Source: a virus (taxonomy: Duplodnaviria; Caudoviricetes). Taken from it: DNA of 64,000 bases. This document shows positions 1 through 9,216 of this stretch, piece after piece. The stretch lies in IMG/VR virus record IMGVR_UViG_3300042885_001472. One strand, 5' to 3'. Under the pieces are notes generated by a model. That model was not told the origin of the DNA, did no database searches, and saw nothing but the letters and a program-made list of their open reading frames with translations. How positions within the stretch are numbered: the stretch's first letter is position 1; each line of letters opens with the position of its first letter. The position numbers and the translations under genes were made by a program.

Positions 1-118
1 TACCAAAAGACATTGAACCTTTATTTGGACTTTAGGTGATATTTGAACTTAAAAAAATGTCAAAGAGTTATCAATCCAAAGTACTTAATGAAATTAAAAA
101 CGGAATATATCCAAAAAA

Positions 119-328
119 ATGAACAAACTAAATAAAGAACTAATAACACTAACAAAAAGTGATGTAATGTTTCTTATAGCAAGTGCTATGGGTTATGGAT
201 GGAACGCGTCTGGTGGATATCGAGATGGAGAATTTGAAAAAATTCAAAAACGAAAAGAATTAGAAAAAGAAAATTTACTTAAATGGGCAACAACTATAAG
301 TCAAAACAAATATGAACAACCTAGATAA
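119..328 (+). CDS. hypothetical protein (69 aa)
   Basis: ORF whose 3' end overlaps the thyA start; no recognisable motif. Confidence 0.6.
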   Translation: MNKLNKELITLTKSDVMFLIASAMGYGWNASGGYRDGEFEKIQKRKELEKENLLKWATTISQNKYEQPR

Positions 329-1523
329 AAGTTACACAGACCTACTCCAAGACATCTTAGATAATGGAGTAACAAAAGATGACCGTACAGGTACAGGAAC
401 AATCTCAGTATTCGGAAGACAAATACGTCATAAAATGAGTGATGGGTTTCCATTGATTACTACGAAACGAATTCCTTTTAGATTAGTGGTTACTGAACTT
501 TTATGGTTCTTACGTGGTGATACTTCAATAGAGTATCTTTTAAAGAATGACTGCAATATATGGACAGGAGACGCTTATAAGAATTATATATTTAATTCAG
601 AGTGGTTTCCAATTTCAAGTGTAACTGGTGGATTTATTGGAACTAAATCTGATAGTGATGAAATAATGACTCAAGATTTATTCATCAACAAAATCAAAAC
701 AGATGATGAGTTTGCTAAGAAGTGGGGCGATTTAGGTCCTGTGTATGGTAAGCAATGGAGAAGTTGGGGTCCTATGATGAGAGATATTATTCCGTTAGAG
801 ACTGGAGGATACGTCTATAAAGGACCAATAGACCAAATAGCAAACCTAATCAACGACCTTAAAACAAATCCTGATTCAAGACGCTTAATGGTTAACGCTT
901 GGAATGTTGGCGAATTAGACCAAATGGTTCTTCCACCTTGTCATTATGGGTTCCAGCTTTACACAAGAGAGTTAACTGAACGTGAAAGAAATTCACATTC
1001 AATAGCATGTGATGTTAGAGGACAATTTCGTACAATGTTTTCCGAAGAAGAATTAAATGAATTTAATGTACCCAAAAGAGTAATCTCCCTAATGTTTAAT
1101 ATGAGAAGTACCGATGTTGGACTTGGCCTTGGATTCAATTTGGCCTCATACGGATTATTATTGATGATGATTGCTAAACAAGTTAATATGGTTCCTAACG
1201 AACTGATTTATAATGGAGGTGATGTACATTTATATTCAAATCATATTGAACAAGCAAAGGAACAGATTGGTAGAGAAATGAATCACGATGAAAAAGTTAA
1301 ATACGCTCGTTCATTGTATGGGGATAAAGATTGGTGGAATATCAATGATGATAGAGTTTTAGAGATATTACATTCTAACAAAAGAACAAGAGAACCATAT
1401 CCGTTACCAACAGTAAAATTATCTGATAGAGTTGTGAATGATATTTCAGAATATACTTTGGATGATATTGTTTTAGAAAATTATCAATCACATCCATCCA
1501 TAAAAATGCCGTTATCTAATTAA
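312..1523 (+). CDS. thyA: thymidylate synthase (ThyA) with four insertions
   Basis: DRTGTGT, TTKR..ELLWFLRG, LGPVYGKQWR, SRRLMVNAWN, LPPCHY (catalytic Cys), RSxDxxLGxxFN, GDVHLYSNH and C-terminal HPxIKxP motifs. Confidence 0.98.
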   Translation: MNNLDKSYTDLLQDILDNGVTKDDRTGTGTISVFGRQIRHKMSDGFPLITTKRIPFRLVVTELLWFLRGDTSIEYLLKNDCNIWTGDAYKNYIFNSEWFPISSVTGGFIGTKSDSDEIMTQDLFINKIKTDDEFAKKWGDLGPVYGKQWRSWGPMMRDIIPLETGGYVYKGPIDQIANLINDLKTNPDSRRLMVNAWNVGELDQMVLPPCHYGFQLYTRELTERERNSHSIACDVRGQFRTMFSEEELNEFNVPKRVISLMFNMRSTDVGLGLGFNLASYGLLLMMIAKQVNMVPNELIYNGGDVHLYSNHIEQAKEQIGREMNHDEKVKYARSLYGDKDWWNINDDRVLEILHSNKRTREPYPLPTVKLSDRVVNDISEYTLDDIVLENYQSHPSIKMPLSN

Positions 1524-1578
1524 TTTTTTCAAAATTTCCGATACTTATATTAAAGGATAAACCTTAAAGTAAATCAAT

Positions 1579-2412
1579 ATGAAGAAGTTTTTAGTGTATG
1601 AAATCAAAAACAATATAAACGGTAAATCTTATATCGGGCAATATAGTGGATTATCATTTGAGAAATATTTTGGGAGTGGAAAGTTGATTAAGTTAGCAAT
1701 AAAAAAATACGGATTAGAAAATTTCTCTAAAACTATTTTAGAGGAGTGTTCTAATAAAGACGAGTTGAATGAAAAAGAAATTTTTTGGATTGATAAACTC
1801 AAAACAATTGAGAACGGTTATAATTTAACAGAAGGTGGCACTGGTGGAGACCTATCTGAATTTATTAAGTATGATGAGAGTTGGGTTGAAAACCAAAGAC
1901 TCTCAACAAAAAAGTATTGGGACAATATAAATGATGATGAAAGAAAAATAAGAAGTGAAAATGTGTTTGGTGAGAAAAATGGGATGTATGGTAAAGACGG
2001 ATTTTGGAAGGGTAAAAAAATACCTAAAGAAATCGTTAAAAAGTCATTAGATAATAGAAGAAGTTATAAAAAAGAACTGAACCCAAATTGGAAAGGGGGT
2101 TTAACTTACGTCTATTGTGAATGTGGTAAAAGAATAGGTTACGGACACACTCATTGTAATAAGTGTAGACACCGAAGTGAAAATAATAATCCATTCTTTG
2201 GTAAAAAACATACTGAAACATATAAGAAAAAATCGTCAGATAGAATGATGGGTGTTTATAATGGAAAAAAAAACATACCAATAATAATTGATGGTGTTGA
2301 GTTCAGGTCGGCAGGAGAGGCGTCAAAAGTTCTAAATATTCCTATGGTAACTATAAGGTGGAGAGTTAAAAGTAAAAATAAAAAATTTGACAATTACAAA
2401 TATAAAGATTAA
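1579..2412 (+). CDS. free-standing GIY-YIG homing endonuclease (Seg-like) with NUMOD3, Zn-finger and HTH DNA-binding modules
   Basis: VYEIKN..KSYIG, YFGSG, E..E..WI, GYNLTEGG; NGMYGK, NPNWKGG, CECG..CNKC, NPFFGKKHTE; C-terminal IDGVEFRSAGEASKVLNI. Confidence 0.92.
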   Translation: MKKFLVYEIKNNINGKSYIGQYSGLSFEKYFGSGKLIKLAIKKYGLENFSKTILEECSNKDELNEKEIFWIDKLKTIENGYNLTEGGTGGDLSEFIKYDESWVENQRLSTKKYWDNINDDERKIRSENVFGEKNGMYGKDGFWKGKKIPKEIVKKSLDNRRSYKKELNPNWKGGLTYVYCECGKRIGYGHTHCNKCRHRSENNNPFFGKKHTETYKKKSSDRMMGVYNGKKNIPIIIDGVEFRSAGEASKVLNIPMVTIRWRVKSKNKKFDNYKYKD

Positions 2413-2420
2413 ATTAATAT

Positions 2421-2630
2421 ATGATTAGATTAAAATTAGTAAATCCAGTTGGTGACATCATTAAAGATATTGAATTGTTAGAATGGACAGATATTGAAAG
2501 TTTCATAGCGAGTCATAGATTTATATTAGAATCTAATGATGGTTCAATATTTAATTATTCATCAAAAGAATGGATGGAATTACCCCCCTCTGAATCTCAC
2601 CCCACCATTAAACCCCCCCTATCTAATTAA
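2421..2630 (+). CDS. hypothetical protein ending in a ThyA-like C-terminal peptide
   Basis: Ends ESHPTIKPPLSN*, versus ThyA QSHPSIKMPLSN*. Confidence 0.6.
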   Translation: MIRLKLVNPVGDIIKDIELLEWTDIESFIASHRFILESNDGSIFNYSSKEWMELPPSESHPTIKPPLSN

Positions 2631-2642
2631 AAATATAAAATT

Positions 2643-2792
2643 ATGTGGAATATTGAAATGATAAAACAAGTAGATAACTATTATATAGTTATGACACCGG
2701 ATGGGGAAACTCATTGTATTGATAACACAACTTTTGAACTATTTAAAAAACAAAATAGAATTATTGGGGTTATTAATGAAGTTGACATTTAA
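2643..2792 (+). CDS. small hypothetical protein (49 aa), absent from the ORF track
   Basis: Manual translation: MWNIEMIKQVDNYYIVMTPDGETHCIDNTTFELFKKQNRIIGVINEVDI*; fills the intergenic gap. Confidence 0.55.
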   Translation: MWNIEMIKQVDNYYIVMTPDGETHCIDNTTFELFKKQNRIIGVINEVDI

Positions 2793-2812
2793 AAATATTT
2801 TAACTATATTTA
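2782..2812 (+). promoter_or_regulatory. putative host-RNAP (early) promoter
   Basis: TTGACA-N17-TATATT(TA), also readable as Bacteroidota TTG-N20-TAnnTTT(A), just upstream of the ATG at 2817. Confidence 0.55.
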
Positions 2813-2816
2813 TTTT

Positions 2817-3017
2817 ATGAAAGAAAGGATATTTGAATGGTTAAAAATTATATTATTTTTTATGGTCGCCATTTTAGTGATTGGATTTTTACAAAGTTTA
2901 GGTACTGAAGATCCCCACGAAATAACCATAGATGGTAAAAAATATATTCGATCAAAAGAATATGTTGGTGATGGTCATTATCAAATAATAATTACACCCA
3001 AAGATTCCACAAAATGA
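2817..3017 (+). CDS. small membrane protein
   Basis: N-terminal hydrophobic helix LKIILFFMVAILVIGFL. Confidence 0.65.
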   Translation: MKERIFEWLKIILFFMVAILVIGFLQSLGTEDPHEITIDGKKYIRSKEYVGDGHYQIIITPKDSTK

Positions 3018-3322
3018 TAGAAGTTAAAATACAGTCTGATGTTGAATTATATTCATACTACGTTGTAAGGGATAACACTTTATTTAAGACAAAGAATTTA
3101 AATGATGTTAATGTGAATGAAGAGTTTTGTCATACATTCACCACACCATCAACACCCCCAGATGTAGCCTTATTAGTTGAAAGAAAAACTAATGAGACTA
3201 TTAAGTGGCTTAATTCTTATATTAAAGAAGTTATTAATATGGATTATTTAACTCCGGAAGGGATTAAAAATTTCTTATTGGGTATTGGTGAATTTAAAAA
3301 TTGGTGGGAAATAAAAAATTAA
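3014..3322 (+). CDS. hypothetical protein
   Basis: ATGA overlap with the previous gene. Confidence 0.65.
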   Translation: MIEVKIQSDVELYSYYVVRDNTLFKTKNLNDVNVNEEFCHTFTTPSTPPDVALLVERKTNETIKWLNSYIKEVINMDYLTPEGIKNFLLGIGEFKNWWEIKN

Positions 3323-3333
3323 AAAATTAAATT

Positions 3334-3933
3334 ATGGAAGTAACATTTACAGATGGTTTTAGTAAATCATTAAAAAGATTGATTTGGCACGAAAGCCGAT
3401 TATATAAAACATATTCTTTATTTAGATATGATTTACCAAGATTTTTTGGTAATATTTGGAGATTTAGAAAAGGTCTATGGAATCATTACTGGTGGGATCA
3501 TCATGGTGTATTAAAATTTATGGACGCTGGTTTAACCCATATGGCGGATAATCTTGAAAAGAAAGGTCTTGAAATTGAGGGACCCAGAGAGAAGAAAGTT
3601 AAATCAATACGTAGAGCTGTTGAATTAATTAGAAATTATGATCAGGATCTTTATACCGATATGGCCGAAAAAGAACTTGGGGAACTAATTCACCATCCAT
3701 TTGAATTTGAAGATGTACCGGATAAACCTGGATTTAGTAGATTGGTTGATAATGATAATGAAGAAGAACGTGAACACAATAGTAAGGTCTATGAAAGAAG
3801 TCGTGATATCCAGGAGTCTGAATGGAATGAACTTTGGGATACATTAAAAGGTCAAGACTATAGAAAATTTGATTATGATAAAGAATGGTATGACCAATTT
3901 GATGGTACTGGGTTAAGAGGTTGGTGGGATTAA
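3334..3933 (+). CDS. hypothetical protein (Trp-rich)
   Basis: 199-aa ORF with normal codon usage; no family recognised. Confidence 0.75.
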   Translation: MEVTFTDGFSKSLKRLIWHESRLYKTYSLFRYDLPRFFGNIWRFRKGLWNHYWWDHHGVLKFMDAGLTHMADNLEKKGLEIEGPREKKVKSIRRAVELIRNYDQDLYTDMAEKELGELIHHPFEFEDVPDKPGFSRLVDNDNEEEREHNSKVYERSRDIQESEWNELWDTLKGQDYRKFDYDKEWYDQFDGTGLRGWWD

Positions 3934-3970
3934 TATACCAACTTATTGTATAATAATAAATTATTTTAGT

Positions 3971-4000
3971 ATCCTCATAGAAAAATCAATCTATGGGGAT
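3971..4000 (+). terminator. possible intrinsic terminator hairpin
   Basis: atcctcataga ... tctatggggat stem (one G-U pair) followed by atttatttt. Confidence 0.4.
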
Positions 4001-4011
4001 ATTTATTTTAG

Positions 4012-4785
4012 ATGAACAATTTTAAAATGAAAAAAATTAACGAATTAGTTAAACCAGATGATATCAATTTATCATCTTTTAAAGTTAGAGACGAATTAAA
4101 CCCTAAGTTTTGGGTTAAGTTAGAAAATGGTGATTATAAATTAAAATCTAAGATAAAAAATAGACTTTTAATGATTTCTGATGATTTTTTTGAAACATTG
4201 GATATCCCTTGGGTTGACGTTGAGGATATTATTTTAACCGGTAGTATTTCTAATTTTAACTGGTCTAAGTTTTCTGATGTTGATTTACATGTCGTTATAC
4301 CTTATACTGAGGTAGATGATAATATGGACTTAGTTAAGGAATATCTTACAGCTAAAAAAACTGTATGGAATAATAAACATAATATTAAAATATATGGTCA
4401 CGATGTTGAATTATACGCTCAGGATACTGAAGAACCTCATTACTCTACTGGTGTTTATTCACTAATGTTAGATAAATGGATCATTAAACCTGAAACTGGA
4501 AAACCTAAGATTAATCATGAAAAGATAAAAGATAAATCATCTAACATAATGAACATTACTGATAGTATTGAATCAATGTATAAAGATGGTGAATACGATA
4601 AGGTTATTAGAAGAGTGAATGGGTTGATTGAAAAAATAAAAAATATGAGATCCGCTGGGTTAGAGAAGGATGGTGAATATTCATCAGAAAATTTAACGTT
4701 CAAAGTTTTACGTAGAAATGGTTACATTGAAAAATTAATGAACTTAAAAGATATTTCTTATGATAAATCTTTAACTTTAAATTAA
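4012..4785 (+). CDS. Pol-beta-superfamily nucleotidyltransferase
   Basis: DIILTGS..NFNWSKFSDVDLH (GS plus DxD), third acidic residue in DVELY; ATG 4027 is an alternative start. Confidence 0.85.
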   Translation: MNNFKMKKINELVKPDDINLSSFKVRDELNPKFWVKLENGDYKLKSKIKNRLLMISDDFFETLDIPWVDVEDIILTGSISNFNWSKFSDVDLHVVIPYTEVDDNMDLVKEYLTAKKTVWNNKHNIKIYGHDVELYAQDTEEPHYSTGVYSLMLDKWIIKPETGKPKINHEKIKDKSSNIMNITDSIESMYKDGEYDKVIRRVNGLIEKIKNMRSAGLEKDGEYSSENLTFKVLRRNGYIEKLMNLKDISYDKSLTLN

Positions 4786-4828
4786 TTTTACATATTTAGA
4801 TTATATTTATTAAGAAATACATAATAAA

Positions 4829-4993
4829 ATGACTGGTACAACTGAACAATTATTAATACAACTAATAAACCTATCTGGACCTTGTCCTAGCGTTTGTGAT
4901 GGAACAAAACAAATTGGTGGACCTGAAGGAACTAGTGACATTAATATTATCACTGGATGGCCTATAGATAATTCACCTTCTGGTGGTAGATAA
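4829..4993 (+). CDS. small hypothetical protein (54 aa), absent from the ORF track
   Basis: MTGTTEQLLIQLINLSGPCPSVCDGTKQIGGPEGTSDINIITGWPIDNSPSGGR*; preceded by ATATTTAT at 4803. Confidence 0.6.
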   Translation: MTGTTEQLLIQLINLSGPCPSVCDGTKQIGGPEGTSDINIITGWPIDNSPSGGR

Positions 4994-5024
4994 GATAAAA
5001 TAAAAATAAAATAAATCAATTAAT

Positions 5025-6725
5025 ATGAATATAAAACCAACAGGATTAAAGGGTGGAGATAAAATCCAAAGAATCCAAAATTTAATGACTAAATTAAGTC
5101 CATTAAATGAATCAACAACTAATTCTTCTTTAGAACATATAAAATATGGTCCGGATGAGACTGTTTATGGTATCATTAGAGAAAACCATACATATTTTAT
5201 TAAAACCGCTAACAAAACAAATGATAAATTAACATCAGGAGATTTTGAATATATTGGTGGACTTCAAAATAAAATGGATGAATCATATAGATCATATGAA
5301 GACGCACTTAGACATTTAAATATGAAGTTTAAAGATTTAAATGAATCTTATGGTATTAGAGAAAATATTAATTTATTTAAATCAGATTTCTTATTAGAAA
5401 CTACTAAAAAGAAAACTATTAAAAATGAACAAGATGAAGAAACAACTTTTAAATTAAAAGTTGACGCACCAGAAGCTACTCCTACACCAATGGATACTAC
5501 AACACCGGATATGGGTGAAGTACCAACTGATGATATGTCAACTGATGTACCAACAGATTTACCAACTGATGATATGGAAATGGGTGATGAAACAGATGTA
5601 CCTGATGATACTGAAGGAGATGAAGATACTGGTGATCTTGAAAAAGATATTCAAAGATTGACTGGTAAAATTGGTCAAAAAATGAGAGAATTAGATGAAC
5701 CTGACGCTGAGTTAGAAAAGTATGTATTAAACTCTATTATGTCTGCGTTAAATCTTGATGATATGGATGAAGATTTTAAAGAAGATTTAATTTCTAAATT
5801 AGAGGGTGAAACTGAAGAAACTTCTGACGAAACTGATACTGAAGAAGTTCCAGAAGAACCTATTGATGATGAAGAAGTTCCAATGGAAGAACCTACTGAT
5901 ACTGAAGAAGTTCCAGAAGAAACTCCAATGAAAGCTGAAGGTAGAGTAATTTCTAAAAAAACTTTACTTGAAAATCTTAAAAATAAAAAATCATTAGAGA
6001 TTAAATTAAAGAAAACTGTTAAGGAATCTGATGAATTTGATTACAGAAGAGACTTTTTAGGTAATAAGGAAAAACCTGAATTTGATTACAGAAGAGACTT
6101 TTTAGGTAATAAGGAAAAAGATGAATTTGATTACAGAAGAGACTTTTTAGGTAATAAGGAAGAAGAAAAATTCGTTAGAGGTGGAAGACCTAGTAAATTT
6201 TTAAAAAATCCTAATTTACCAGATGATGATGATTTTTTAGAAGAAGAAGAAACTATAACCAATTATAAGGATGTAAATGATTTTAAAACTAATAATCCTA
6301 AATTAGCACCTAAATCAAAATTTAGTGTTACTGGTGTTGAAGGTAATTTTATGAAGGAAATGAATGAAGATGAAACTATCTATGAAATTGAATTAGATGA
6401 AGATTCAATGGAAGAAGGTAACGCTTTCACTCGTATGTTATCTAAAACTAAAAAAGGTGAAAAATTTAACTTAGGTGGTAGAAGTTATACTGATAAATCA
6501 GATTATGATGAATTAGATGAGTCAGATATAGAAGAATATTATTCACCTGATGAAGATAAAGAATATCCTAAGAGTTATTATGAACCTGGAACTAGATATA
6601 AAAGTCCAAATTATGATAAAGGTATTGATATTGAGTTTAATGATGAAAAGGCGACTGATGAAAAAGAAGTTACTGAAACTAGACAAAGAAGATTTAAACC
6701 TTTTCAACCAAAAAGAAGTAGATAG
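5025..6725 (+). CDS. large acidic low-complexity protein, probable prohead core/internal protein
   Basis: Very D/E-rich; many (L/I/V)xE sites; YEIELDE motif shared with the scaffold; internal tandem repeat. Confidence 0.65.
   Translation: MNIKPTGLKGGDKIQRIQNLMTKLSPLNESTTNSSLEHIKYGPDETVYGIIRENHTYFIKTANKTNDKLTSGDFEYIGGLQNKMDESYRSYEDALRHLNMKFKDLNESYGIRENINLFKSDFLLETTKKKTIKNEQDEETTFKLKVDAPEATPTPMDTTTPDMGEVPTDDMSTDVPTDLPTDDMEMGDETDVPDDTEGDEDTGDLEKDIQRLTGKIGQKMRELDEPDAELEKYVLNSIMSALNLDDMDEDFKEDLISKLEGETEETSDETDTEEVPEEPIDDEEVPMEEPTDTEEVPEETPMKAEGRVISKKTLLENLKNKKSLEIKLKKTVKESDEFDYRRDFLGNKEKPEFDYRRDFLGNKEKDEFDYRRDFLGNKEEEKFVRGGRPSKFLKNPNLPDDDDFLEEEETITNYKDVNDFKTNNPKLAPKSKFSVTGVEGNFMKEMNEDETIYEIELDEDSMEEGNAFTRMLSKTKKGEKFNLGGRSYTDKSDYDELDESDIEEYYSPDEDKEYPKSYYEPGTRYKSPNYDKGIDIEFNDEKATDEKEVTETRQRRFKPFQPKRSR
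6033..6161 (+). repeat. in-frame tandem repeat, 3 x 39 bp identical core with 45 bp period (EFDYRRDFLGNKE)
   Basis: gaatttgattacagaagagactttttaggtaataaggaa at 6033, 6078 and 6123. Confidence 0.95.
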
Positions 6726-6727
6726 TA

Positions 6728-7153
6728 ATGGAATTATTTATAATCTATATAAATAAAATAGGTAAAAATTGGAAAGATGAATTTATGTATGAATTCATCT
6801 TTTCAAATTCTATAGAAAATATTGATGGTGATGAGTGGGATAGTTATCCAGCTTCTGGAAACCCAGGACCACCAAATCACGAATTCATAAAAAAAGTTGG
6901 TACATTAACCACTAACATCAATTTAGATGTTATCCAAAATAGTGAGTCTTTTGCGATTTGGGATGCGGTGGATGGTGTAATTTCAATGGCTTGGGAAAAT
7001 TTAGATGGGTATGAAGAATACCCTGAAACTAGATTATTTTTTAAGTTTGGTGAACAAATAAACTCTGTCGAAGATAAATTATATGAGAGAGATATGGTAT
7101 TAAAATACGATGAAAAAAATGAAAAGAAAAGTAATAAAACTGAAAGAGTCTGA
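6728..7153 (+). CDS. hypothetical protein
   Basis: Tightly packed in the operon upstream of terL. Confidence 0.75.
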   Translation: MELFIIYINKIGKNWKDEFMYEFIFSNSIENIDGDEWDSYPASGNPGPPNHEFIKKVGTLTTNINLDVIQNSESFAIWDAVDGVISMAWENLDGYEEYPETRLFFKFGEQINSVEDKLYERDMVLKYDEKNEKKSNKTERV

Positions 7154-7610
7154 TTTAGAAAAATTAGTTAAGAAAATTTTAAAAGAAGATATGGGTGGTA
7201 TGGATGATACACATCCAACATTTGGTAATTTAAATTTATCAAGAATTAGTGACGAAGAAATTATGTCTTTATTAAATAGAAATATGGGTGAAATTAAAAC
7301 TGATGGTGATGATGATTTAGAACACGGAACTTTTGATGATGAAGCTATTCATAATTATGTTTCATATAACTTAACTAATAATATGGTCCATATATTTGAT
7401 ACGATTGGACATAATATGCCTAGAGAGTTAGAAGGTAATGAATATGAAGAAACTATGGATAATGCTTATGATGACGCTTTCAAACATTTTAAAAAATTTC
7501 CAGAAACTATGACTAATAGATTTGATAGAAAATTTAATCGTTTTGATGAATCAAGTAAAAAATCTATGAGTTATAAACAAATATTATCAAATAAAAGATT
7601 AAGAAAATAA
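7110..7610 (+). CDS. putative head-internal protein
   Basis: N-terminus KVIKLKESDLEKLVKKILKE (putative capsid-targeting/cleavage leader). Confidence 0.65.
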   Translation: MKKMKRKVIKLKESDLEKLVKKILKEDMGGMDDTHPTFGNLNLSRISDEEIMSLLNRNMGEIKTDGDDDLEHGTFDDEAIHNYVSYNLTNNMVHIFDTIGHNMPRELEGNEYEETMDNAYDDAFKHFKKFPETMTNRFDRKFNRFDESSKKSMSYKQILSNKRLRK

Positions 7611-7623
7611 ATCATTAACGATA

Positions 7624-7989
7624 ATGGCGAAAAAAATGAAATTGTTATACGATGAATATTCACAAATGATGGATGAATTGTATAGTGCGGTTAAAGAAAA
7701 ACCAATAGAAGAAAAATTTGTCTCTAAAGACCAACAAAAATATTTTTATTGGAAAGCTGGTCAAAAGGGTAAAAAGGGTGAGGAATGGAAAAAAATGGCT
7801 GATGAATTTTCTAATACTATGACTAAAAAAGATTGGGAAAAATTACCAAAAAAGGTAACTAATGAATCGGTTAAGAATTTAAACCCTAAAATTAATAAAA
7901 AGTCTTTAATTGAATATGTTATAAAACAAAATGTACCGGTTAAGGTTACTAAAAAAGAAATTGTTAAACAAATAAAAAGAAATGACTAA
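7624..7989 (+). CDS. hypothetical head-associated protein
   Basis: IEE, TNE sites; FVSKDQQKYF segment. Confidence 0.65.
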   Translation: MAKKMKLLYDEYSQMMDELYSAVKEKPIEEKFVSKDQQKYFYWKAGQKGKKGEEWKKMADEFSNTMTKKDWEKLPKKVTNESVKNLNPKINKKSLIEYVIKQNVPVKVTKKEIVKQIKRND

Positions 7990-9199
7990 AATTCGTAGAA
8001 ATATCTCACTTAAACTTTTTGAACAGTATAAACGAGATTTAGGTGTTGTTGATGGGATTGAATATGATTTAAACCATTCAGAAATGATACATCCAGATAT
8101 TGAGAAAAAACTTAAAAATGGTAACCATCATTTAGGTACTCATCCATCATTCCCAGAACTTGATTCAAACCAAAATTTTGGTGAAAAATTAGCTTCAAAA
8201 AGTTTTAAAGATATTGTTAAAAAAGTTAAGAAATATTCTGGAGTTAAAGATATTACCGAAAAACAAGTTATGGAGATGAGAGATCTTTTAGAAGAAATTA
8301 TCTCAATTGAAAAAAATGAAAGAAACCTTTTAGAAAAATTAGCTATAGATATCGTAAAAAAAGAATTTGGTATTACCGATCAATTATTATTTGACGCTAA
8401 ATTAGTTGATGCTGGTAACATTAATTTTGATGAAAATGTAAGTAAAAATGATGAAATTTTTATTGATTTTGATAATGCCGCGGAGGAAGAAACTATAGTT
8501 TCTGAAGTTGAAAAACAAAAATTACTTAATGGTTTAGCTCAAGGAGCTGCCAAAAAAGGACATTATATGTTTCATAGAATTGAAGATGAATTAGATAAGA
8601 TTGACACATCTTTGAGTAATCTTTATGGTAAATTAATGTCAATTAGTGATTTCACTTACTGGATTACACCAGATGAAGCTATGATGATTATGGTTGGTGG
8701 TGATGAAAATTTAGTTGGTGGTGAAAATATTGATTTAAATACGACACCCCCTACAATAAAGGCTAAAGCTTTAACTTTTCCAATATTAGTACAAGAATTA
8801 ATTACCGGTATAATGAAAATTATGTCTATGGACGCTTTACCAGGTGATGAAAACATTAAAAAATATGTTGATAATAAATGTAAATTTGTAACTTCAGAAT
8901 TTTGGGATGTACGTTTAGGTCCAGGTTTATGGGATAGATTTAAAGAAGTTATTGGAACTAATGATCAAGATTTAAAATATTATCTTTACAATGAGATATC
9001 ATTAATACCGGCCAAAGAGTTCAATTCATTTATGAATGACTTATTTAAGGGTGATGAAACAGCTAAACAAAAATTAGTTGATATGGCGAATAACATTAGA
9101 GAGGAAATGAAAGAAGATAATTATACAGAATTAATTGGTTATTATGATAACGATAATAAAGTTGAAGATGATATTGACATCATAGACCTTTTTAGATAG
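7982..9199 (+). CDS. hypothetical protein (405 aa)
   Basis: Long ORF in the head/packaging operon; no family recognised. Confidence 0.8.
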   Translation: MTKIRRNISLKLFEQYKRDLGVVDGIEYDLNHSEMIHPDIEKKLKNGNHHLGTHPSFPELDSNQNFGEKLASKSFKDIVKKVKKYSGVKDITEKQVMEMRDLLEEIISIEKNERNLLEKLAIDIVKKEFGITDQLLFDAKLVDAGNINFDENVSKNDEIFIDFDNAAEEETIVSEVEKQKLLNGLAQGAAKKGHYMFHRIEDELDKIDTSLSNLYGKLMSISDFTYWITPDEAMMIMVGGDENLVGGENIDLNTTPPTIKAKALTFPILVQELITGIMKIMSMDALPGDENIKKYVDNKCKFVTSEFWDVRLGPGLWDRFKEVIGTNDQDLKYYLYNEISLIPAKEFNSFMNDLFKGDETAKQKLVDMANNIREEMKEDNYTELIGYYDNDNKVEDDIDIIDLFR

Positions 9200-9216
9200 T
9201 AGGGATATTTATCAAT

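Noticed and set aside
3-122. In-frame TAG at 33-35 hinting at amber recoding
   Set aside because: Long genes have no internal TAG, and several (ending 6725, 9199, 22664, 59368) end in TAG followed by a new gene or terminator; the standard code fits.
1524-2420. Group I intron in thyA carrying an I-TevI-like endonuclease, as in T4 td
   Set aside because: thyA is complete before the endonuclease, and only 55 nt and 8 nt of non-coding flanks remain, too little for a ribozyme core.
6033-6161. Possible CRISPR array (identical repeats at regular spacing)
   Set aside because: Spacers are only 6 bp, the period is a multiple of 3, it lies in-frame inside a CDS, and no cas genes are present.
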